Source: the human T2T-CHM13v2.0 reference genome, Homo sapiens
Assembly (NCBI RefSeq): GCF_009914755.1
Contig: NC_060943.1
Length of the DNA: 64,000 nucleotides
Strand: one strand, 5' to 3'
Below the pieces are notes generated by a model that did no database searches, was not told the origin of the DNA, and saw nothing but the letters and a program-made list of their open reading frames with translations. Below are positions 32,827 through 52,119 of this stretch, piece after piece. Both the position numbers and the translations under genes were made by a program. Position 1 is the stretch's first letter. Every line of letters begins with the position of its first letter.

Positions 32827-32917
32827 GCGTTCAAGTTCGAGTGTGCAGTGAGAACCTAAATTTCTAGTAAATTTTACCTAAGATGTATTGGGATTAAGCA
32901 TGTGACTTTGTTCACAG

Positions 32918-33010
32918 GGCATCAACTTTCCCACCGAGATACTTTTCACTTCCAAAGAGAAGAAAAGTTTTGGATCATGGAGACAGCAACCCAAAGAGAA
33001 GGGAATTCAG
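32918..33010 (+). CDS. ZNF284: ZNF284 KRAB-B exon
   Basis: TCACAG|GGCAT; [31 protein letters not shown]; CAG|GTAAGA. Confidence 0.95.
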
Positions 33011-34057
33011 GTAAGAACCAAGCAACGATGCATCCTTGTACGTGACCCTTCCATCTGTTTTACTTCTGTCCATTGCCCAACTCCATTGCCCTGGTATAAA
33101 TGGCCAAACCTGTTTCCTGGATTCTTACCTCCTTCCTGCTGGTTGTCCTGCTCCCCCACCCCCTCTTCCCACCCTGACATCTGTTTTCCTCATAGCAGCC
33201 AAAGTGATCCTTAGGGAATGTAAGTCAGATTGCCATTCCTCAGCTTAAAAGCCTTTATGGCTTCTTATTTGTGTTAATGTTACAACTGCTTTAAGTGCCT
33301 TTTAGAGACCCTTGATCTGCTCTTCATCCCCTACTGCCTCTCTGACTACATCTCCATTTTCCAGCCACGTTGTACTCCCTGCTGTTTCTCCATCCTGCCA
33401 AGGACACTGTATTGCCTGTTGCTGTCACCCAGTGACCACACACTTAGCAGATTAAACAACAAACAATTATCTTTCTGTTCTTCAGATCTGAAGTCTGACA
33501 CATCTCACTGGACAAAAATCAGGGTGTCCCTAGGGCTTTGTTCCTGTCTAGATGTTCTTGGGGAGAAGCCTTCACTTTAATTTACCAATCCCTAGGCACT
33601 GTCCACACTCCTTGGCTCTTGTCTCCCTTCCTCCATCTTCAAAAGCAGCTACATTGCATCTCTAACCATTCTTCCATAGTCATCTGCCACCCTTCTTAAG
33701 CCTCTGTTTTCCACATTTTGGGTCCCTTGCGATTGGATTGGTCACTCCTGCATAATCTAGAATGACCTTCTTACTCTCTCTTTAGCTGACTAGTGACCTT
33801 AATTGCATCTGCAGCCTTAATATCTCTTGCTATATAACATAACAGGTTCATAGGTCCTGGGAATTGGATGTGGACATCTTTCAAGGACCATTGTTCTGTC
33901 TACTACAGAAGCTTCTGTCTTAGAGTTTATATATGCTCTTCTTCCTGATTGGAATACTCTTTCACCTCAAGACCTTCTGACCCTTCCTTTATTCTGGTCT
34001 CTGTTCAGTTTTAATATCATGAGAAAGGCCTTCTCTGACCACTCTATTTAAAATACC

Positions 34058-34353
34058 AGCCGGGCGTGGTGGCTCATGCCTGTAATCCCAGCACTTTGGG
34101 AGGCTGAGGCAGGCAGATAGCATGAGGCCAGGAGTTTGAGACCAGCCTGGCCAGCATGGCAAAACCTGACTCTACTAAAAATATAAAAATTAGCTGGGTG
34201 TGGTAGCACAGTCCTGTAATCCCAGCTACTCGGGTGGCTGAGGCGTGAGAATCACTTGAACCCAGGAGCCAGAGGTTGTAGTGAGCTGGGATTGTGCCAC
34301 TACACTCTAGCCTGGGTGACAGAATGAGACTCTGTCTCAAAAAATAAATAAAG

Positions 34354-34401
<48 letters not shown>
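34058..34401 (+). mobile_element. Alu followed by a (TA)n microsatellite (~34356-34401)
   Basis: Alu dimer; about 22 TA units. Confidence 0.92.
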
Positions 34402-34402
<1 letters not shown>

Positions 34403-34525
34403 GGAATACCATCCTATCTTTACCCTTCTGCTGTTGTCTTATACTGTGTCTTATATATTTCTATTTAGCTGTCATCTCTACCCACTGGAATGGAATGTCT
34501 TAAGAGGAGGACTTTTAGCTGTTCA

Positions 34526-36270
34526 ATTTTTATTTTAAGATTCAGGGGGTACATGTGCAGGTTTGTTACCTGGGTATATTGTGTGATGCTGAGGTTTGCA
34601 TTGCAAATGATCCTGTCACCTAGGTACTGAGCATAGTACCCAATAGTGGTGGCAGGATAACCCTCAGGTTTCAAGGCTATGTGTACCGGTGTTAGAGGTA
34701 GTGGTGATGGGCTGGGTGGGCCAGTCCTGAGGCCCCCACATGGTGTGTGCAGGTGAGTGTCAGCGGTGATGGTGGCAGCAGGCTTGTAGGACCTGTCCTC
34801 AGGTCACTTGGAGGAGTATACAGATGCCAGTGGTGGTGATCAGGGCAGGGAAATCCTTAGGTCTCCAGACAGCATGCTTGGGCACCTGCGGCAGGGTTCT
34901 GGGTCTGTTGTAAAGCTCCCTGCATGGTACATGCTCATGCCTGGGGCAACCAACATGGCAGGGTGATCTCAACAGCCCCAGGTGGTATGCTTAGGTAGTG
35001 GAGGAATGACGCCAGGCCATGTGAGCCTGTCCTCAGGCCTTTCAGTGGTGCAGGCAGATGTAGGCTTTGGTGGAAGAGGCGGCGTGATCCCTAGGTCCCC
35101 AGATGGCATGCTCCAGCACTGGCAGCACACAAGCTGGGTCTTTGTCAGGTCTCCTGTTTGTGCACACATGTGCCTGAGGCAACACAGGGTAGAGCAATCC
35201 CCAGGTCCCTCTGTGTCATGCTCTGGCACTGAGATGGGCGGTACCAAGTGAAGTGGGCTTGTCCTGTGCACGGGCACAGGTTGTGGTGGGCAGTGCAAGG
35301 GACTCCCCATGCCTTTAGGAGGTGTGCTTGGGTGGCAGTGGCAGAGTGTGCAGAGAAACTTTCCTCAGAATGAGAACACATATGAGTGTACAGTGGCCCT
35401 GCTGCTGGGGGTGAGGTAGCATTGCCGTTAGAGGCAGCAGCCCCAGACAGGCAGCTTTCAAGCTCTGGTGAGTGCACACACTTTGGGTCCCTTTGTACTG
35501 TACTGGGGGCAGCCTCCCTGGTGTCCTGCATGGCCCATTCCCTAGAGTATGGGACACTATGTGGCCTAGATTGCTGGGGACTCTGCCATACTGCTGGGTC
35601 TAACAGGCATTATTGTAACCCTCTGGGTGGATGTGGGGGCATGTCCATGGGGCTTCAGGGATTTGGAGATGCAAAGGCTGTTGGGCCCCAGGGCAAGATG
35701 CAGTCTGGTGAGGGTGCAGCTCTCAAAATAGCGCTGTGCCATAGCTGCTTGAGTCTCGGGAAGTGTGTGGGTCCCATCATGAGCACCCTCTCTGAGTGCC
35801 ATTGCATGGACTCCAGGTAGCCCCCTGTGCTAGTCTCAGGGCCCACAGGGGTCGAGGGCCTCTCTCATGGCTGATTGCTGGAGTGCACAGCGGAAATGTA
35901 AACCACTAGGGCTCTCTCACTTACCCTTTCCCAGCACTAGGAGCCTTTCCCGGCTTTCAGGTGATCACGGCCAGAAGGGCTACCTCCCTTCGCTCTCCTT
36001 TTGTGCTTCGGGTGTTTCCTGTCACTTCTCTGCTGAATTCCAGTGATCCCTCTTAGATGCTATTTGATGTATGAGTATCTATTTGCTTTTTAAATTTTTT
36101 AGTAATAAAATATATAGAACACTTCATGAATTTGCATATCGGCCTTGTGCAGGGGCTGATCATTCCAGTTTTACCATATGTGCTGCTGAAGTGAGCACTA
36201 CTCATTATTTTGGCTCTTTGTGGAGGACGCAAGCTCTGGGTGTCTTTAGTCAGCCATCTTGAAGTCCTCC
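34526..36270 (-). mobile_element. L1 (L1PB/old L1PA-like): short 3' end (~34526-34645) fused to GC-rich 5'UTR sequence
   Basis: GGTACATGTGCAGGTTTGTTAC 3' motif; ends TAGTCAGCCATCTTG (reverse of L1 5' CAAGATGGC). Confidence 0.7.
36107..36198 (-). pseudogene. U6 snRNA retropseudogene with internal deletion
   Basis: Minus strand GTGCTCACTTCAGCAGCACATATGGTAAAACTGGAATGAT..GCCCCTGCACAAGG...CAAATTCATGAAGTGTTCTATATATTTT; lacks the ACAGAGA box. Confidence 0.9.
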
Positions 36271-36608
36271 TACCCTTAACGTTCCTTCTGATTCATCACA
36301 TATATAATTTAGTAGTTACATAATATACCATGCAAGATTTTAGACTAACTAGGAAATTGGTAGAAATAGTAACACATTAACTGTATTATATTAATATTTT
36401 AAATTAAGTCTTTCATTTCTACCACGTATGAGACATTATGTCATTCAAAATTGGTTTTGTGACAACGAGAGACCGTGGTGCACTTGGAAAACACAAACTG
36501 TACCTTCCTTGTATTCAGTAAAGTTTCAGGCCATGTCCTAAGTGAAATCCTGAAAACACTGAACAAAGGTTTCACTTACCCACATCTCTTAATTCTGTGT
36601 CCTTATAG

Positions 36609-38122
36609 GAGGCAAGATCCAAACTGAGTTGGAGTCTGTTCCAGAAACAGGACCACATGAAGAGTGGTCTTGCCAGCAAATCTGGGAACAAACTGCAAGT
36701 GAGTTAACTAGACCTCAAGACTCCATAAGTAGCTCTCAGTTCACACAAGGTGATGTCCCCTCCCAGGTTGACGCAGGACTATCTATAATTCACATAGGAG
36801 AGACACCTTCTGAGCATGGGAAGTGTAAAAAATTCTTCAGTGATGTCTCCATCCTTGATCTTCATCAACAATTACACTCAGGAAAGATATCCCATACATG
36901 TAATGAGTACAGGAAGAGATTCTGTTATAGCTCAGCTCTTTGTCTTCATCAGAAAGTTCACATGGGAGAGAAACGCTATAAGTGTGATGTGTGTAGTAAG
37001 GCATTTAGTCAGAACTCACAACTGCAAACTCATCAGAGAATCCACACTGGAGAGAAACCATTCAAATGTGAGCAGTGTGGGAAAAGTTTCAGCCGTAGAT
37101 CAGGAATGTATGTTCATTGCAAATTACACACAGGAGAAAAACCTCATATTTGTGAGGAATGTGGGAAGGCCTTCATTCACAATTCCCAGCTTCGGGAACA
37201 TCAAAGAATCCATACTGGGGAGAAGCCATTCAAATGTTATATATGTGGTAAGAGCTTCCATAGTAGATCAAATCTTAATAGGCATTCCATGGTCCATATG
37301 CAAGAGAAATCATTTAGATGTGATACCTGTAGTAATAGCTTTGGTCAGAGATCAGCACTTAATAGTCATTGCATGGACCACACAAAAGAGAAACTATACA
37401 AATGTGAAGAATGTGGAAGGAGCTTCACTTGTAGGCAAGATCTTTGTAAGCATCAGATGGACCATACAGGAGACAAACCATATAATTGTAATGTATGTGG
37501 GAAGGGCTTCAGGTGGTCCTCATGTCTTTCAAGACATCAGCGGGTCCACAATGGAGAAACAACATTCAAGTGCGACGGATGTGGGAAGAGATTTTATATG
37601 AATTCACAGGGCCATTCACATCAGAGAGCCTATAGAGAAGAAGAACTGTATAAATGTCAGAAGTGTGGGAAGGGCTACATTAGTAAGTTTAATCTTGACT
37701 TGCACCAGAGGGTCCACACGGGAGAGAGACCTTATAATTGTAAGGAATGTGGAAAGAGCTTCAGGTGGGCCTCAGGTATTTTGAGACATAAGAGACTCCA
37801 TACTGGAGAAAAACCATTCAAATGTGAAGAGTGTGGGAAGAGGTTTACTGAGAATTCAAAACTTCGTTTCCATCAAAGAATTCACACTGGAGAAAAGCCT
37901 TACAAATGTGAGGAGTGTGGAAAGGGATTCAGATGGGCCTCAACTCATCTAACCCATCAAAGACTCCACAGCAGAGAAAAACTATTCCAATGTGAGGATT
38001 GTGGGAAGAGCAGTGAGCACAGTTCATGCCTTCAAGACCAACAAAGCGACCACAGTGGAGAAAAAACATCCAAATGTGAGGACTGTGGGAAGCGCTACAA
38101 GAGGCGCTTGAATCTAGATATG

Positions 38123-38152
<30 letters not shown>
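36609..38152 (+). CDS. ZNF284: ZNF284 zinc-finger exon (11 intact C2H2, 3 degenerate, 1 truncated); spliced CDS 1779 nt = 592 aa
   Basis: CTTATAG|GAGGCAAG acceptor in phase with ORF 36629-38152 (first codon is TTG, not a start); protein recognised as ZNF284. Confidence 0.95.
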
Positions 38153-39595
<1,443 letters not shown>

Positions 39596-39707
39596 ACAGC
39601 AAAGAGTTATAAGATATGAATATGTTAATTTTAGTAGATACTTCCGAAAAGTATTTCAAACTGGTTGTGCCACTATAAACTCTGACCATTATTAGGCAAG
39701 AATTGGC

Positions 39708-40170
<463 letters not shown>

Positions 40171-40349
40171 GATTGATCTTCTTTAGTTTCTATAACAAAA
40201 TAGTACACTGTTTCCACAAACTTGGGAAGGCTAGTATTTGGGGGTGGGGGGCGTGGAAATCACTAAACAACAAAGAAAATCTGATGAATTGGACAGCATA
40301 AAAATATTGGCATAAAGATGAACATAACATAAGCAGGAATATTTAAAGC

Positions 40350-41240
<891 letters not shown>

Positions 41241-41429
41241 TAAGTCTCTTGTAAGTGGCCAGGCATGGTGGCTCACACCTGTAATTCCAGCACTTTGGGA
41301 GGCTGAGGCAGAAGGATCAATTGAATCTAAGAGTTTGAGACCAGCTTTTTACAGAGTGTCTCCCCTATAATGTCTCTGGTTAAATGAAAGATTTTCAACT
41401 GTGAAGACAACCCTAACCATACTCATATT

Positions 41430-44560
<3,131 letters not shown>

Positions 44561-44949
44561 TAAATAATAAAATACATTAAAATGTTTTGCATAGATAAAA
44601 CAATAAAAAAAAAGTTTTTGTTGAGAAAATATTTGCGAGATAAAATGTTAATATCATGAATATAAGAACAGTGCTTGAAAAGTGAGGGATAAAACCAAAA
44701 ACTCAATAAGAAAGTGGGCAAAACATCTGGACAATTTACAAAAAATGTAATAATGACACCTGAAAATATGCAAGAATATGCCATCTTTACAAGAGTTATA
44801 AATTAAAACTACATGCCATTTCTTACCACTGGCAAAACTTATTTGAAGAGTGTATCATCTCGCTTGTTCCCTTTCCAGTAACACTCCTGTCCTCACTAGA
44901 GGGGTTTAGACTTCAGGAATTCCTTTCTATACGGTATTTTCTCTTAGGC

Positions 44950-46140
44950 ACCCAGGGAGAGGGAAGGACGACTCTCAGGGTAGAAGTCCACATTTCCCAA
45001 CAGGCGCTCGGGGGTACGAGATTCGTTCCCCGTGGGAAGAGTGGTCAAGGGCTTCCCAGTAGTCGTCAACACTTCCCTTTGAGTGTAATGCTGCAGGAGT
45101 ACAGTCCAGACCCTCAGTGGAATCGCGGTCGGTTTAGCTCCGGCAGTTGGGTCCCAGGGAATTCTGGGAAGTGTAGTCCAGACGCTCAGTGGAGTCGCGG
45201 TCAGTTTGGCTCCGGCTGGCGGGTCCCGGGGAATTCTGGGAAGTGGAGTCCAAACATTCGGTGGAGTCGCGGACACTTCCGCTCGGGGACTGAGGTTGCT
45301 GCAGTTTTTCCGCGATAGTTTGGGGCAGTTCCGCGCGTTGCAGGCCCTTCTGAATTTCCTGGACCTACGCATTGGATCCTCAAAGAACTGGTGATCGAAT
45401 TAGGGGAAAAGGGGCCTCGTCGGAGAGTAGAGGTTTGGAGGGGCAAGGGCCGCTGTTTGCGTTCTCGTCCGTGGCACCTTCTTGGGCTTGGGTCTGTCCT
45501 CGCTTCCCGGGGGCATTGGTACTTGGTTGGGTCGCGTCTCACCTGGTTTCAGGGTTTCCGGGGCTCTGAGCTCGCCCACTCCGCCCCCTGCACCCCACGC
45601 GCGTGGCCACTTCTTCGCGATATAACGTTGGGGTGTTAATCTCCTTGGGTTTCCCGTTACTGTTCTTTAAAATGGGGACTTTAGGGCCATCCTAATGGAA
45701 TCGTTTTGGGAACTGGAAGAGGTAACACAAATGAGAGCCTTAAAGCAGTCCCTGTCACTTGGTGACTGGTGGTCTCTTGTTAATTTCCCACGAAGGACCG
45801 GGTGGGGTCAGAGCTCCAGCTGCAGGGGCCTCGGCCCTTCTCCCTGATCCCTGCAGGACGCTGGATGATCCCGGAAGCCTTCTGACCTCTTTTTAGGAGA
45901 GCGAGGGTTGCGTCCACTTTCATGAAGGGAAAGGAGCATTTAACTTTTATGGGGGACGGCGACGCGGTCAAGGTGTTTCACAGCTTTCTCGTTCCCCAAC
46001 CCGACCTTTCCAGAAGAGCTGCAGGGAGGGACTTCTTGGCTTCTGAGGGCAAAGCTCTACGTGAGTGGTCCTTGGCTCTTTGACCGAGATGCTCACCCCA
46101 ACCGAGAGTGTATAGGTTGTGTCCTCGGGCATGGGGGTCG
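44950..46140 (+). promoter_or_regulatory. ZNF224: ZNF224 CpG-island promoter and non-coding exon 1 (candidate donors after ~45390 or 45432)
   Basis: CpG-rich; 72-bp tandem units with SBS motifs; CACTTCCG ~45274. Confidence 0.87.
45103..45272 (+). repeat. 72-bp tandem repeat (~2.4 copies) carrying GGGAATTCTGGGAAGTG(T/G)AGTCC
   Basis: AGTCC unit starts at 45103, 45175, 45247. Confidence 0.92.
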
Positions 46141-46520
46141 ATAATAATTAAGTCTTAATTAGTAACTTCATTCTAAGGGCTTTATACAAATAAATTTACG
46201 CCACACCGTGGCTCTGTGGAGAAGTATTGCTTTTTTCTATTTTAAAAACGAAAGTGAGACACAGAGCGCATAGGCACCCGACTAGTGAGAGGTGGAGCTG
46301 GGGTTGGAACCTAAGCAGTCTGGGTCAGAGCCTGATTTGATCTTCTCTTGGGATACGTTGTCATTGAGGCAGAGGAACTAGTTGGACTTAGGTGGGGAAA
46401 GCAAGACTTAGGGGCTTGAAATTTTCTGAGTTTCTAAAAATGTTGTCAACTATTTTGTTTCAATCATTACAAATATTTTGTATTCTTATAGAACCATGTC
46501 ATTGTACAGCATTCTATTTT

Positions 46521-46845
46521 TCTTTATTAAGAACAAAATGGGCCTGGCGCGGTGGCTTACGCCTGTAATCCCAGCACTTTGGGAGGTCCAGGCGGGCGGA
46601 TCACGAGGTCAGGAGTTCGAGACCAGCCTGGCCAACATGGTGAAACCGCATCTCTACTAAAAAATAATTACAAAAATTAGCTGGGCGTGGTGGTGGGCGC
46701 CTGTAATCCCATCTACTCGGGAGGGTGAGGCAGGAGAATCGTTTGAATCTGGGAGGCGGAGGTTGCAGTGAGCGGAGATCTGCCATTGCACTCCAGTCTG
46801 GGCGACAGTGCGAGACTCCGTCTCAAAAAAAAAAAAAAAAAGAAC
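46521..46845 (+). mobile_element. Alu
   Basis: Full dimer; TSD AAGAACAAAATG. Confidence 0.95.
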
Positions 46846-47245
46846 AAAATGTTTTTATTACCTACGAATCCATGAAGTAAAGGTAGCAACTGTTAAGCTC
46901 GTAATGTGTTTCTTTCTTTTTGTATATTTATAGGTTTATTTATGAACATTTACAAATTTTTATAATTTTTTTCTTAATATTTCCCTCTTATGTGTTTAAC
47001 TATGGAAATTTCCAAATGCTGACAGACTAAACTAGTGAATTATCATGTTATATCATACTCATTAATCTCATTATTGTTATTATTTTTCCTATGACTGTTT
47101 CCTAAAATTATAAAACTTTTTATTTTTATGTCATTTGAAACCTATAGAAAAGTTGCAAAAGTAGCCTAAGAAATTCTTATTTACTCTTTACCCACGTTTG
47201 CCAAGTGTTTACATTTTTCCTGTTTGTTTTGTTGATGACCATCAG

Positions 47246-47334
47246 CTGAATACCACTAGAAACATACCTGTAACCAGAGACAGCTGATTATAGCTTTCTG
47301 CAGCAAGGAAGCCCACGTACCAGGGGCTGTCTTG
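47246..47334 (+). other. ZNF224: candidate extra 5'UTR exon of ZNF224 (89 nt)
   Basis: U-rich tract plus CATCAG| acceptor and TTG|GTAAGT consensus donor; ZNF224 is recalled as having one more non-coding exon than its neighbours. Confidence 0.6.
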
Positions 47335-47770
47335 GTAAGTAGAATTTAGGAAGACCTAGTATATGGTTTCACATAACATATTAGATAATTTCAGATTGTA
47401 TACCAGATAATGTTATTTATTAAATATTAGATATCTATCCAAAGACTGCTAATAGTAGTTTATTGTATTATCTATTATACAGTGCTAGATAACATATTAC
47501 CTAACTTCATGTTATGTACTCTGCAGTTCTATATTTAAATTTGTTCTATTTTTCACTTAAGGTTCTTACAAGTGTCCCCTACCCATCTGCCACCACCACC
47601 TGTGTTCACAGTCTAATTTTATGCATTGCCTTTAATTGTCACATTTCCATAATCTTTAATCTTGAGGATTCTACACCCTTTGTCTTTCTATGCTTGATAT
47701 TTTTGAAGAGTATAGGCAAGTTATTTTGGAGAAAGGCATTCATTTGGAGTTGTGTCTGATGTAATTCATG

Positions 47771-47872
47771 TGCGGGTTCACATTATGCATTGTTGGTAGG
47801 GATACCACAGAAGTGGTGAATTGCGGGTTCAGATTATGCATTGTTGGTAGGGATACCACAGAAGTGCTGAAA
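47771..47872 (+). repeat. 51-bp tandem duplication
   Basis: TGCGGGTTCA(C/G)ATTATGCATTGTTGGTAGGGATACCACAGAAGTG(G/C)TGAA x2; single copy in paralogues. Confidence 0.93.
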
Positions 47873-48776
47873 TGTCCTTTTCATTGCAACATAACAGGGT
47901 CCAAGTGATGTCAGTTTGTCTCTTCATTGGTGATCTCAACCTTGTCCACTTGGCCGAGACGCTGTCTTTCAGATTTCTCCACTATAAAGTTACTTAAAAA
48001 AAATTGAAAAGAATAAAGTTTCTTAGGAATAGATAACATTATTAGTGGGCATTCAGCTGTAAAATGACCTTCTCCATTTATTCTTTGTTCAACTACAAAT
48101 ATTCTATCAATATGGCCTTAGAATTGACTCTTAAGTTAGATAACGTGTACATTAACAATTATTTTTTCCAACCTATTGTATCATATAACTTACTTATATC
48201 AGGTGTACATCCAGTGATCATTAGACAGTTTGCTGAATGGAGTAACCATCACCACAATTCGGTGATCATTTCATGCTCATATTGATCTCCTCCTGCCTAC
48301 TTATGGTTAGACTTCATTCTCACTCAGATCTGAAGCAATCACTAATCAGTTTTCTCTATGCATTTTCCTACCCAGACATTTTATAGAAATGGAATCCTGC
48401 AATATGTGGTCTTTTTTAACTGGCTTCTTTCATTTAGCAATAATGTTTCAAAGGTTCATGTATGTTGTAGCATGAGTCAGTACTTCATTTCTTTAAATTT
48501 CCAAGTAAGATTCCATTGTATGGATAGACCATGATTTGTCTATTCATTTACCCACAGGAGGGCATTTTGGTTGTGCCGTTTTGGGTTTTTATGATTAATG
48601 CTGCTGTGAACAGTCATGTGCCAATTCACAATACACATCCCTGTTGGTGGGTGGCATCCCTGGCCACCTTTTCATGTCTCTTTTTCTGCCTTTCCTGGCA
48701 CTTTGCAGGCACAATTCTGCTTTCCCAGGAACTGCATCACTCAGGACTCTGCAAGTTTCCAGAAGTAAGAGGGAAA

Positions 48777-48791
48777 ATGACCACGTTCAAG
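48777..48791 (+). CDS. ZNF224: ZNF224 coding exon 1 (MTTFK; exon 48709-48791)
   Basis: TTGCAG|GCACAATT; ATG ACC ACG TTC AAG|GTGGGT. Confidence 0.93.
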
Positions 48792-49485
48792 GTGGGTAGG
48801 ACTTGCTTCTATTACTCTTAAAATTCCCTCTCAGTACTTAAATTGTCACAAGTTTTCCTCTGTCTTGGGAAGACTCAAGGAGAAAAACAGACATTTGAGG
48901 ATCTCTTGTGTACCATGTACTTCCTTTGTTACTTTTGAGTGGATTTTGCATTTGTTTTTACTACTTGTTTTCTTCTATCATTTATTCTATGGAGTAGACA
49001 AGATTGTAGGAATGGATAATTATTTCATTATACTACTTCTCTGCTCACACATTAGCTATTTTTATCCTGTGATACTCTTCCTCATGTGCATTCATAACTG
49101 TATTTGTATTGGTGATGTTAATCTAATTTAAATTGCACTCTTTGTATTTAATATTATATAATGTTCATTTTTAATGGTTGCACCATATTCCCATTTAATC
49201 GATGTTCCTTTTTAATTACTTTATACTTCCAGACACCAGGAACTCAGTTTTGAAAGGCTACTTTTGATGTGTGCCACGTTGGCTGTTTTGTAGATAGAGT
49301 ATCCATATGTGGCACATCATGGCAGGCTGTAACTGTGGCTTCACACAAGGATTGCTGGAAGTTTCCACACAGGAAGAGCTAGATTCTCTTTCCCCCATGC
49401 CTGAGTCATGCCTTCTATGTCTTTTACTTACTGGCCTTTCTTTACTCCTTTATATACTAAGGAATTTGACCAAAGTAATATGTAA

Positions 49486-50607
<1,122 letters not shown>

Positions 50608-51694
50608 ATTTCTTCCTAATCAGATTACCAAAGTAATGGGAAAATTGATAACTTGCTTTTGGCTATGTTAAGAAAAACCAGAATAATGTATCCCCTTGAA
50701 AGATTTTGAAGTTAGTTAAAAAAAAAAATTGAGAAAACATGACATAATCATAATATTAAATTTCTGACATTTTGTTATTTAAAACTTACTTTAAATAGGA
50801 GAGTAAGATCTACCTGAAATGTTCTTTATTGGATTGGTAATCATGGAAAAGATATAAAATTAAATATTCATTATTTAGAATAACAATAGATTAGTTCCAT
50901 GGAACACTATGCAGACATGAGATAAAATCGACAATAATTGACAAAAATAAAAATAGCTAATGTTTATTAAGTATTCAGTCTTGCTACACACTTTTCCCCA
51001 GTAACATACGTATATTCCACTGTTTAATTTGAAAACTATATCATGTGACGATCATTATATAGAGAGGAAAGTAATGCATTCAGGCCAACTTGTCCAAGGT
51101 CACATGACTGGGAAGGGACAGAGCCTTATATATGCGCTCTGAGGCACGCTGGCTGCAGATCATGACATTCAGTGTTGCAATTAATGTATGTAGTTTTTGC
51201 CTGGAGAGTATAGAGGACTCACTGCATAACTACTCAAACATGTCACCATAAGCTTGTCAGTTTGGCAAATGTTGAAGAAAAACAATAACATCCAGGGTTC
51301 GAGTTTGAGAGAGGAAGACAATGGGCATTATCAAACAAAGTCAGGACTGAATTGCTAAATGTTGCTGAGGGTGATTGTCAAGATTTATCAAAACATATAT
51401 ATGTGTAGCCCAGGATGCCACATTTAGAGTCCTAGAGGGTTACTTACAAGAAGACTCAATGATTGCACGAAGTAAAAATACAGGAAGTCTTTTTCATCTT
51501 TGTGTTTCTGGTGGAACTCAGGGAAATCAGTCATTGTCAGGATACAGACAGAATGAGTAGGAAATCTACGAGTTGACCTATGTCTCTCAAGATCCAAAAC
51601 AACTTCCCACCCCTCCCCTCTGTCTGCTCAGTGCCACCCCTCTCCCAGGAATCACTGGTCATGAGACTGAGATTGCATATGTTTGATGCTATAG

Positions 51695-51841
<147 letters not shown>

Positions 51842-52026
51842 TAACAGAACGTCAGGCCCCAGAAGTGGCTTTGTATCCTAGGGTACAAAGTTTCAAGTCT
51901 TAATTAGTAACTTGAACCTATGGTTCAAGTTTGAGTGTGCAGTAAGAACCTAAATTTCTGGTAAACTTTACCTTGATATTACCTAGAATGTGTTGGGATT
52001 AAGCATGTAAGTTTGCCTGTTTGCAG

Positions 52027-52119
52027 GACATCAAGCATTCCACAGGGATACTTTCCACTTCCTAAGGGAAGAAAAGATTTGGATGATGAAGACAGCAATC
52101 CAAAGGGAAGGGAATTCAG
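52027..52119 (+). CDS. ZNF224: ZNF224 KRAB-B exon
   Basis: TTGCAG|GACAT; [31 protein letters not shown]; CAG|GTAAGA. Confidence 0.95.

Noticed and set aside
36816-37601. 261-aa alternative-frame ORF in ZNF284 (similar ones at 17185-17622, 57507-58064, 58239-58724)
   Set aside because: Shifted frames of C2H2 arrays are characteristically stop-poor ([10 protein letters not shown] pattern); lengths and start codons are not conserved among paralogues. Only Ribo-seq or proteomics could rescue it.
45103-45272. Repeat-spacer-like arrangement suggestive of a CRISPR array
   Set aside because: Eukaryotic promoter; the intervening segments are homologous to one another, so this is a tandem repeat, and there are no cas genes.
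44944-45372. 142-aa minus ORF with internal repeats (VWTPLPRIP), similar to 2752-3042
   Set aside because: Translation of the 72-bp (multiple of 3) promoter repeat in a GC-rich island; no independent coding evidence.
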